DNA of 61,826 nucleotides, filler included, from Jimgerdemannia flammicorona (lineage: Eukaryota), in the NCBI GenBank assembly GCA_003990765.1. It is 3 parts of 3 records of this genome, joined end to end, with 100 filler letters (N's around TTAATTAATTAA, not from the genome) between each part and the next. Parts side by side here need not be neighbours in the genome. Positions count along the whole stretch, not along the records: positions 41,289 to 61,826 come from RBNJ01001656.1; 2 more parts are not named here. The stretch is one strand, 5' to 3'. This document shows positions 52,059-61,826 of this stretch, in pieces. The number at the start of each line of letters is the position of its first letter. Within the stretch, counting starts at the first letter, position 1. The translations under genes and the position numbers were made by a program. The notes below the pieces were generated by a model, which was not told the DNA's origin, did no database searches, and saw only the letters and a list, made by a program, of their open reading frames with translations.

Positions 52059-55000
52059 TGATATCATCCTTTTTGGTGACATCCTCCTTTTTGTATTTTT
52101 TTTTTTTTTTTCACCAGTCAATGCTCAATCCACTATAAATAAATAAATAGCACCTCTTAACCATATATTGGTTTACTCATTTTATCTAACCAATGATCAT
52201 CTAACTAATGATCATTAAAAAGAGAGAACATTTGAGACAAAAAAGTACTTTCTCCTTTTTTATGAGCACTAGGCCCCTTTATTAACTAATCTATAATAAA
52301 TACATGGTCCTTATACCTCACCAGTAGCCCTAATCCAACTCCACTCTACCCTACCCCAACACACTCCCTTCCCCCCACCCTTTCTCTCTTAAAAACTACC
52401 AGATCATTAACCACCCCAATCTACCCATCACTCCTCTCATATATCACTTCCACCAGATGCTGACAATGACCTCCCTGAGGCCCCCACCCCCTCCACCAGT
52501 CCAACAGGATGTCCACCATTAACCTCTCCCACCTTACTAACCTCTCTACCATAACTATCCATTTCCCATCCTTGAATACATATATATAGCCAGTGCCTAG
52601 CCAACCCCACCCATACTACTAATGCTCACCCAACAGCAAGTCACTCATTATCTATATACTCTACCAACTGCTCTCTCAAGCCATCCCATCTTTCCCCCTC
52701 CTCATCATCCTGCTGTTGCACCTCCAGGTAACCCCCAACCATTGCTCAGAAGTCACCAAGTACTCCACACTCACTTAGTCAATGTTTAGGTATCTGTGTA
52801 AACCTCCCCTCCTGCCCCAATTATAATACTCCTTGCACTCGAAACTGTGTCCTAACCTAAAGTTCAACATGATATTCCTCCTCAAGACACACCATCACAC
52901 CATCCAGAACTTCAGAGGAAGCCACTGCCATACCTTAGCACTCCAAGACCAGACTCCAGCCCAGTCCCATGCCTCACCAATGCCTGCTGACTGCCTGCCC
53001 AATGGCCATAGATCCTGTCCCACTCCTCATTGACACTTCATGCCAATTCCAATGTCAAAGTCCACTAGCAGTGAACCATCCAACAGAAGTCTGTCCCAAT
53101 GCCATATTGCAGATCCCCATTGCACCTCCCCCTTATTACCATGCCAACATAGACCAATGCAGAGAGCACTCTCCACCACCCCCCACCAGAATTCCCTATA
53201 CTGCAAGCACTGACTACTCTCCAGTCCAACCATTGACAATAAATCTCCTGGGGAACCTCTAGGGGAGAACCTTATCTCCCAGACCCTCTGCATCAATGGT
53301 ACCCACCCTCTACTCTGTAACTCAATAGCCCTCCTCAACCACCAAGCCCTAAGGCAATGCAACCTCTTTGGGAAGTCCACCAGACCCAGACCACCCCTGT
53401 CCACTAGAGTCACCAACACCTTTCAACAGAAAAGCACTTTCTGCTGACAATGTTAAATTCTTTCTCATATGAACAGTACACAAACTACTTATTGAGAGTC
53501 AAGGTGGCAATAATGATGAGGGAGAATTCTAGCAATAATTTACAGAGACCCTGCAGACCTCAGAATTTATAGACCTTACAGCTATGTATGCAGCAGCCTT
53601 TGTAGAGCAGCTAGTAGTAGATATAGGTTGCATAGTATCTTTTCACCATTACAATTAATTAAATTCCACAGTATGATCCAATTCACATCACACTGTTTTC
53701 TTTCTTAGGGTCCACAACTCTACAGTGAGATCTGCTGACTTTAGTTGCAATATCTGGTCAAGATGAAGAAAGGCTGGAGGATGTTGCAAGACATGCCTTT
53801 GGTGGCTGAGCTGTTGAGTCAATATATTATATAGCAGAGGTCTCAAAAGGAGCAGAAGCAAGCCTTCATGAACACCTCATCCGCATGCAACTCCATCTGT
53901 TTCTATCCTATTCTCATCCTATTCTCATCCTATTCTCATCCTCATTCTGATTCTATCTCCCCCTTTTTCTATTTATTAAAAAAAAAAAAACCTTACACAT
54001 AATCTGTCCATATATACAACTCGACCCACTGGCTCAGATCAAGGCTCAGTTCCACTACAAAAGAGAAAAATGACCCAAGTTCAGCAATATCTGGCATCTG
54101 ATGAATTAGAGAAGTTTGAGGGCAAGCTATTCAGCATGAGCAATACCAACATTGCTATCAGGGCTTGGGGATCAACATTCAATTTGAACCCAACTGTTCT
54201 TGACCAGAGGGTCCATTTGACTGCAGGAGTATTCAACAATGACAAGAACCACATCATCATTAATGATCACAGAGAGGTGGTTACAATAGTGGTGAAGAAT
54301 CTCTATAGTAATGAGCTTCACTACTATATCAATGAGGTTTATAAGGATTGTGTCAAATACCAGGTGGCAGGGAAGAGAGGGTGTAAAAAGCAAGAAGGGG
54401 GAGTTTGGACAGGAATTGGGTATATGACAACATTGGCAAAGGGTGGGTTCCTTGGGGTTTTTCTGAAATTCTCTGCATTCAACTCAAAAATCTCGAATGC
54501 AGAAAATTTCGGAAAAACCCTGAGAAACCCACCCTTTGCCAATGTTGTCATATATTCAATTCTTGTCCAAACTCCCTCTTCTTGTTTTTATGCCCTCTCT
54601 TTCCTGCTATCTAGTATTTGACACAATCCTCACAAACCTCATTAATATAGCAGTGAAGCTCATCACCATAGAGATTCCTCACCACTATCATAACCACCTC
54701 TCTGTGATCATTAATGATGATATAGTTCTTGTCATCATTGAATACTCCTGCAGTCAAATAGACCCTCTGGTTGAGAACAGTTGGGTTCAAATTGAATGTT
54801 GATCCCCAAGCCCTGATAGTAATGCTGGTATTGCTTATACTGAATAACTTGCCCTCAAACTTCTCTAATTCATCAGATGCCAGATGTGGCTGAACTTGAA
54901 TCACTTTGAATTCTCTTCTGCAGTGGAACTGAGCCTTGATCTAAACCAGTGGGTCAAGTTGCATATGTAAATAGATTATGTGTGAGGTTTTTTTTTTAAT

Positions 55001-55622
55001 AAATAGAAAAAGAGGGGGATAGAATCAGAGTGAGGATGAGAATAGGATGAGAATAAGATGAGAATAGAATAAAAACAGATGGAGTTGCATGTGGATGAGG
55101 TGCTCATGAAGGCTTGCTTCTGCTCCTTTTGAGACCTCCACTACACAATACATTGACTCAACAGCTCAGCCACCAAAGGTATGACTTGCAATGTTCTCCA
55201 GCCTTTCTTCATCTTGACCAGATATTGCAAATGAAGTTGGCAGATCTCACTGTAGAGTTGTGAACCCTAAGAAAGAAAACAGTATGATGTTAATTGGATC
55301 ATATTGTGGAATTTAATTAATTGTAATAGTGAAAAGGCACTGCACAACCTACATCTACTGCTGGCTGCTCTACAAAAGCTGCCACATATATAGCTGTGAG
55401 GTCTATAAATTCTGAGGTCTGCAGGGTCTCTGTAAATTGTTGCTAGAATTCTCTCTCATCATTGCTACCTTGGTTCTTGATAAGTAGCTTGTGTGCTGTC
55501 CATATGAGAAAGAATTTAACATTATCAGCAGAAAGTGCTTTTCTACCTCAAATGTTCCCTCTTTTGACAATCATTGAAAAAAAAACACAAAAAGGAGGAT
55601 GTCACCAAAAAGGATGATGTCA
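52059..55622. mobile_element. Foldback element: ~45-bp TIRs enclosing a 2.1-kb near-perfect palindrome (53428-55544); left side interrupted by a LINE fragment
   Basis: TGATATCATCCTTTTTGGTGACATCCTCCTTTTTGT at 52059 is inverted at ~55585-55622. Inner arms are reverse-complementary around a centre at ~54486. Confidence 0.85.
52270..53420 (-). mobile_element. 3' fragment of the 14900-20545 LINE family
   Basis: RGGLGLVDFPKRLHCLRAWWLRRAIELQ (ORF 53027-53419) matches the translation at ~19510-19600; extends into a putative 3' UTR. Confidence 0.88.
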
Positions 55623-55629
55623 ATCATCA

Positions 55630-58600
55630 AGATCTCCAGTCCAGTCTATATCATATATACCAGATAACCTTATAATACTCCTGCTTGATCTATTATCATT
55701 ACTTAAGCATAGTGTATAGTATGCTGTATCTTTGATGTATCTGAAGATATACTTAATTGTCATCTAATATAAATTGTTATAACAGGATGAATACTGTACT
55801 ACTTTGTTGACTGCATACAATATATTAGGCCTCATCTTGAGTATAAGATATATGAGAGATCTTACAGCTTGTTAATAGAAAATATCATTATCTTCAGGTG
55901 TAATATTGGACTTCTTTAGCCTCACAGATATCTCCATAGATATTTCAACAGATTTACATTTACTCATTCTGAATTATTTGGGTATAGTCTAAATATATGT
56001 GGCTTATGATAGATATACAGCATGCTCACATCTATCATATGATTAATATTTCAAGAAGATGGGATGTATTACCCATATCTGTCATCTTGAATTCCTGATA
56101 TAGTATTATCTTTATAATATTAATTTTACTTGCCATTCTGACCAGAATGATATCATTAATCCAAATTTCAAGATATATCATTCCTGAGGATATATATCAG
56201 GTATATATATAGATTGCCTCACAATGCTTAAATCCATTGCTTAAAAGATACTTATTGATTTTTTGATTTCACAGCCTTATTACTTATTTGATATTATAAA
56301 GACCTTTATATAATTTATATATAAGCTCTTTTTACTCATTATTGTATAGTTCATATTCTTGCAGTTGATAGATATATAGCTCTATATCTACATTACTATT
56401 CAAGAAGACTGTCTTAACATCTATTTGATGAATTTCATAATTATATTTGGCTCCAATTATAAGAAGTATTCTAAGTAAAGTAAGCTTAAATATCAGGAAA
56501 AAAGTCTTATCATAATCTATACCATATTCTTGTGAATACCTCTTTGCTAAAAATCAGGTCTTGTACTGCTCTATGTTATTATTGCTATTATACTTAATTT
56601 TATATATCTATTGAGATTCTATTGCTTATCAATTTGTCAGAAGAGAGACTAGATTCCAAGGGTTATTTTTGATGAGTAAATCATATTCCTCATCTATAGC
56701 CTTTTTCCATTCTTTTTTATTATCTGAATATATAGCTTCATTGTAGTTTACTGGTTCATCAGTCATTATAATGTAAGTATACTTATAAGTATAGTTTATG
56801 ATATTTATTATGATAAAATTCCTTAGGTTGATCTCAATAACCTCCAAAATCTGCTTTGATCTCATTGTATAGCCTAGACTCATATCTTTTCTTACCTTTC
56901 AGAGAGGTATCCTCATTATTATCCTCATTCATAATTTCCATAATTCTTGGCTCTGATAATCTCATTGATATGGATATAGGTTGTACTAATACTAGCATAG
57001 GCATCATTTCACTCATCTTTGAAGTTAGTATAGTTATTACTAACTGTACTATTAGGTTGGTTGAGATAGAAACTTCTACATAAATTTTCTGCTTAATTTC
57101 CTTGAATTGAATGTTATGCAAGATAATGATATGATGTTTCTGTGGATTCCACAATCTATATACCACTCTATCATATCTAAGGAATATATGCTTATCTGCT
57201 TTAGGCTCAAATTTGCCTCTATTGTTACCCTTATTCAAGATATAAGCCTTGCTTCTGAATATCTATAGGTGTGAAATATCTGGCTTAGATTCACTCTATA
57301 ATTCTTTAGGGATAAGATTACTATCATTTCTAGATTATTGATTATTATTATTGGATTTGCCAGATCTGCTAGAGTCTTTACTTAAAGCTTAAGAAATATA
57401 ATGATTTTAGATATATACTGCTATATTCACCACTTCAGCCCAGAAGAGGTATGGTAAGCTATCTGTATTTATCATCATTTGAGCCATCTCTACTACTGTT
57501 TAATTAAAGTACTCCACCACACTATTCTGCTCAGATATATAGAGGGCTATTATAGAGTATTGAATACCATACTTCTTCAAGAAGTATCTGAAGGCTTTGT
57601 TGATATATTTCTTATCATTATCTAAGTATAGAATTTATATCTTACATCTTGTTTCATTCTCCACAGTTGCCTTGAATTCTCAAAATTTCTCAAATATCTC
57701 ATTCTTCACTATAAGGAAGTATATATAGGCTTTGTAAGTATAATCATCAATAAAGGTGATAAAATACTTCTTTTTGGAGTATATTGCCATTTATATGGGG
57801 CCACAGATATCTATATATATTATGTCAAGAATACTGGTCACTCACTTCATACATTTCTGAAAAGGTTACCAGGAAGTCTTATTTGCCATACATCTGTCAT
57901 AAAAGCTGAGATTCAATAGTATATAGTTTAGTAATCTATATATAGATTTACTCCTTATTATCAATTTCAAGCTCATCTTGCCAATATGTTCTAAGCATTT
58001 ATGCCATATACCAGAGATCCTCTCTAGTCATAGCAGAATATACAGATAATAACTACTTGGTATATTATTAATTGCATATAGGTTCTCCTTTTTTGATATA
58101 TATATTAACTTCTTATTATTCTTTAGATTAATTACTATTATACTGTTTGGTTATATATTTACTCTTTTATCTCCTCAAGTCATTATCCAGCTAATTGAAA
58201 AGAGATTTTTGCTGATGTCTGAAGTATATAGTATATCTAAAAAGATGTCTGAGAGTTCATCAACTTTTCTATATAGATGTATACTGACATTTCCCTTGCC
58301 TTGAGTGTAAATAATGTTATTGTCATCTAGTTTGATAGATACAAGATGCTTGAACTTCTCATATATAGAGAACCACTTACAGTAAGCTGTTATATGCTAT
58401 ATCATACTGGAATATATAAGCCAAACTTCTTTGCTATATATATAAGCACTTGGTATATATATAGCTTACATTTATACTAGCACTGACATCAATATTTTCT
58501 ATTTCTATAACTTCTTCTACAAGTAGATAGGTCACTGCTTCTGTAAAAAACAGATCTTTATTATTTCTATCACTTTCATTATTACTATTATTGTTGATGT

Positions 58601-59718
58601 CTATAATATTTATCTGCTATTATCCATATTGCTCATCTTGACCACTCTTTTTCTTTTTCTTATAATTGCAATCTTGCTTATAATGTTCATATTTATTACA
58701 GTAGAAGTATTTATCATCAAATTTTTTATATTGCTGACCTTGGTCTCATCTTTTGCTTAGCTTGTCTTTGTCTTATCTATGTGTTCTATAAGACTTTTTC
58801 ATCACCATCATCATTGTCATTATCACCCAGTCTTGATTCCTTATTTAAAAGACTCATGATGATATACTTGTAGTCTGATAGTTTGCCAGATCTCCTCATA
58901 GTGGTAACAACTATATTATATATCTCAGGAAGACTATATATAAGGACCAGAACCTTGTCTTCATCCTTAATAAGTTCCACTAGTATAGAAAGAGAGTTCA
59001 CTTGATTTGCCAGATCATTGACATAATTGGTATAATCTTGAATACTCTTCTTGGACTTTATTCAGAGATTAAACAGTTGTACTTTCAGGTGGAATCTGTT
59101 TGATATGAATACTTACTGATAGTGATTGTATAAGATCTCCCAGGCTTTATTTGCCATCATAGTATTGATGATGAGTTTCATTTGTATATTCAAAAGGGTA
59201 AACATAATCTCTCTTAGTACTCTGTAATCCTTTATGGCTTTGTATATCATTACTTATATTTGTGTATTCTAGTAATCTTTCAAACTATATTCTTTTAAGA
59301 GATTTTTCATATAATATATCCATAAGATATAATCTTTACCATCAAAGACAGGAATCATCCTCTTTATTGTTGTCAGCACCACTGTAGTTGTGGCCATTGT
59401 ATTAGGCATACTTATGCTGCTGGTTTCCATTCTAGATCTCATTTTGCTTATATTACTTAGCTGGCTTATATTTGATATACCACTAGTATTGACTGATATT
59501 ATAGTATAGTATAGCATATATGTTAGAGGTATATTTGTTATCTGCTTTTGCTAGTGGAGCTCATAACCATTTATTGTAGAATACTTAGAAGAGTGGAGAG
59601 GGAAGAGGGTGTTGTTTATTAATGCTAACTTATGCATATTGATGATGTTTACATGATGACATATCAGGGTCAGGCTGTGCCACCATATGTCGAGTTGCTA
59701 TAACTAAGATATTTCAAT
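55630..59718 (-). mobile_element. Decayed Ty1/Copia element: 5' LTR (~59573-59718), PBS, gag-CCHC, protease, integrase, RT; 3' end missing
   Basis: PBS GGTTATGAGCTC (59558-59569, minus); IPVFDGKDYILW; knuckle (Y)FYCNKYEHYKQDC ~58666-58707; TFIDDY and PFWAEVV(like) integrase motifs; GKFEPKA; EPVNYNEAI..KEWKKAIDEEY; QIDVKTVFLN. Copia order (IN before RT). Confidence 0.9.
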
Positions 59719-59719
59719 A

Positions 59720-60750
59720 GAAATACCTATTCTGCAAGGACATGATGGGAGGAGGGCAATGGTGATGAGTTGCTCCTTTATTAGTGTCAGATCAGTGTCT
59801 TCTCCACTTTTTCATGGTTTCTGGTACCTTCAGCTGCATCTGGGGTGTACTCATTTTGGTATGGTGCCTTCTTTCTTTTGCTGTCACCAACTAGGTATTG
59901 TCTTGGTGCATTATGGGTTACATAGGGAGTTGGCCAACCTTGGGTGTCAAGTGCCCAGTATAGGTTACCTACAGGTCCTTGATGCCTGTGGTGGGGCCCT
60001 CTGGCTTTGACAAGCTTTCTGGCAAGCATAGTTCTGGTGTAGGTGACTGTTTTTCAGCTGTTGTCAGGATAGGAGGGAAGATGGCTGTCACAGATAGGAG
60101 GAAGGGCAATAACAGTGAACCAGTAGAGTGCTAGGCTGGGGGCAGTCATTGGGGCTGGGGCAGGCAATATTTTGGTAGAACCTTTCAATTGGCTGATTGG
60201 GCATGGGGTGATGCAGGGGCTAGCATCCTGGCTGTACCCAACTGGAACTGAGAGCTGATGTGGTAACACGATCAAGGCCCACAGGCTTGGGGAGTGGGGC
60301 CTTCCTCATTTGACTGTACCCAACTAGAACTAAGAGCTGATATAGCAATGTGATCAAGGCCTGCAGGCTCAGGGAGTGGGAGTGGGGTCTTTTCTGGCCC
60401 TAGCCCATGTGTAAGTCCTTTACTCACCCACTTTGAATCTACTTTGCTCTCTATTGGTTGGTTGGGGGGTTTTTCTTTACCTCAGTTGGGGGGCTATTCT
60501 TTATTCAGTCCTGGCACTGCTAGATCTGATGCATAGGTGTGCTCTCGCATATAATATGATGATCCAGCCCAGGTAAGCAGACAAGTCTAGTCTATGTCAT
60601 GGGGATCAATATAGCCAGTGTTTGACAGGCATAGCTGGAGCAGTGGGACTGCTGGACAGTTTAGTAGCCTAGGTTAATGGAGGGATATTGTTTGGTGGGT
60701 GGTGGGGGAGGGTTTTGGCCTATATAGTCTAGGTTCCCTTCCAATAAAAA
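59720..60750 (+). mobile_element. LINE 3' fragment (second family) with an internal ~80-bp duplication
   Basis: 3' end GGGGGAGGGTTTTGGCCTATATAGTCTAGGTTCCCTTCCAATAAAAA matches 50393-50450 inverted. CTGTACCCAACT(G/A)GAACT occurs at ~60232 and ~60314. Confidence 0.7.
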
Positions 60751-60769
60751 TCCACGGAACTATGAGTCC

Positions 60770-60822
<53 letters not shown>

Positions 60823-61147
60823 GAAACACCTATAGTAAAGATGTCTAAGGTGAGAACACCAACAATTTCTTTAAATGATTGTAGTTTGCGTGTCATGTTG
60901 GCAATAGGATATCGTTGCATAGATATATTGATAGGGCATGCATACATCACAAATAAATGAATTAGAACACAGAAGAGCATCAAGCCGAAACTGCAGAGTT
61001 TAATAATACACCATCTCAAAGTACATCAATTGGCTGAGTGAAAAATGAAAAACTTTACACCAAAGTAAGGTTAAGAAAGATTTTGACGATGAAACCGAAA
61101 CAAATGGGAAAAAGGGAGAAACTCCAAAAATGAACACCTTATTATTG

Positions 61148-61826
61148 TTACCCTGTAAATTTTCCAAGTACTGAATTTTTCATTCGTTTCAATATACTGA
61201 TTTTTTTCTTATTTTCGGAATGATGACCATTCTCTGCTAACGACCCTGATACAGATGGAATCTTCAAATTTTGCTGCATTGTACTGACCAACACACCCTC
61301 CTCTGTTGAGCGCCGTTCGGTTGCTGCCATAGAAGAGACAAATTGATCATGCAACTGGACAGGTGGCTTGTGCACGACCCCTGATGTTGACAAAAACATC
61401 TCAACCAGTCTGTTGGAATTCTGTCGTGCGTTGTCCAACTTCGTAGCCTCCATTGTCGAAGATTCCAACACCAACGAAGACATATCGACTACACCATCCA
61501 AATTCTGGCGCATACTGTCTGGAATCATATTCCCTGTGAAGAGTGGAATATTCACTGGGGTCACAGCGACATCATAAGAAGGGTGCAGGAGAAGCTGTTC
61601 ATATACTGATTTTAGAGTGTTGACAATCTCTTCCATTTCAGGTCGCTCCTTCGGCTGCGCTGATCCACAACGTCGGTACAGGTTTTGGTATTCAGGGCTG
61701 GGACACCGTAGCAGAGGCTTCAAACGATTGGGGTTGACTGCTCTCTCATTGCTGCCCGGAAATTCGGACGACGCAATCTCCCAACACAAGACACCAAAGC
61801 CAAAAATATCATGCAGGAAGTTGTAT
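61148..61826 (-). CDS. Protein kinase, C-terminal exon (5' part outside the window)
   Basis: HDIFGFGVLCWEIAS (subdomain IX), YQNLYRRCGSAQPKERPEMEEI (XI), then an open C-terminal tail to the stop at 61148; CpG retained. Confidence 0.85.
   Translation of the reverse strand, partial: YNFLHDIFGFGVLCWEIASSEFPGSNERAVNPNRLKPLLRCPSPEYQNLYRRCGSAQPKERPEMEEIVNTLKSVYEQLLLHPSYDVAVTPVNIPLFTGNMIPDSMRQNLDGVVDMSSLVLESSTMEATKLDNARQNSNRLVEMFLSTSGVVHKPPVQLHDQFVSSMAATERRSTEEGVLVSTMQQNLKIPSVSGSLAENGHHSENKKKISILKRMKNSVLGKFTG

Noticed and set aside
54070..54904. ORFs of 183 and 97 aa as real genes
   Set aside because: Mirror images produced by the palindrome. The longer one reads through the centre and looks like the antisense of a decayed frame.

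Overview
Eukaryotic, fungal-type DNA: short GT-AG introns, a dispersed 5S rRNA gene starting AGCTACGGCC, TKL-type kinases and LaeA-like methyltransferases. It is most consistent with Mucoromycota (e.g. Endogonales); that assignment is inference. The window is three separate contigs (1-20545, 20646-41188, 41289-61826) joined by artificial N44-TTAATTAATTAA-N44 linkers. Most of it is nested, decayed, CpG-depleted transposons: Ty3/Gypsy, Ty1/Copia, L1-like LINEs, hAT MITEs, foldback palindromes, an IS630/Tc1-type DDE transposase and a spliced tyrosine recombinase. A CpG-rich gene island (about 20.7-32.9 kb) holds a P-type ATPase 3' end, 5S rRNA, a methyltransferase with a pseudogene paralog, and a small orphan gene. 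Most notable: (1) a near-complete Gypsy element with a Cys/His motif and dUTPase between protease and RT, a separate integrase ORF and an extra 3' ORF; (2) that extra ORF appears homologous to an intact ORF inside a 1.6-kb solo-LTR-like insertion, suggesting an uncharacterised retrotransposon accessory protein family; (3) a Crypton-like tyrosine recombinase next to an array of alternately oriented 25-bp sites; (4) RIP-like, transition-dominated decay of repeats. All alignments were done by eye, and coordinates of decayed elements are approximate.
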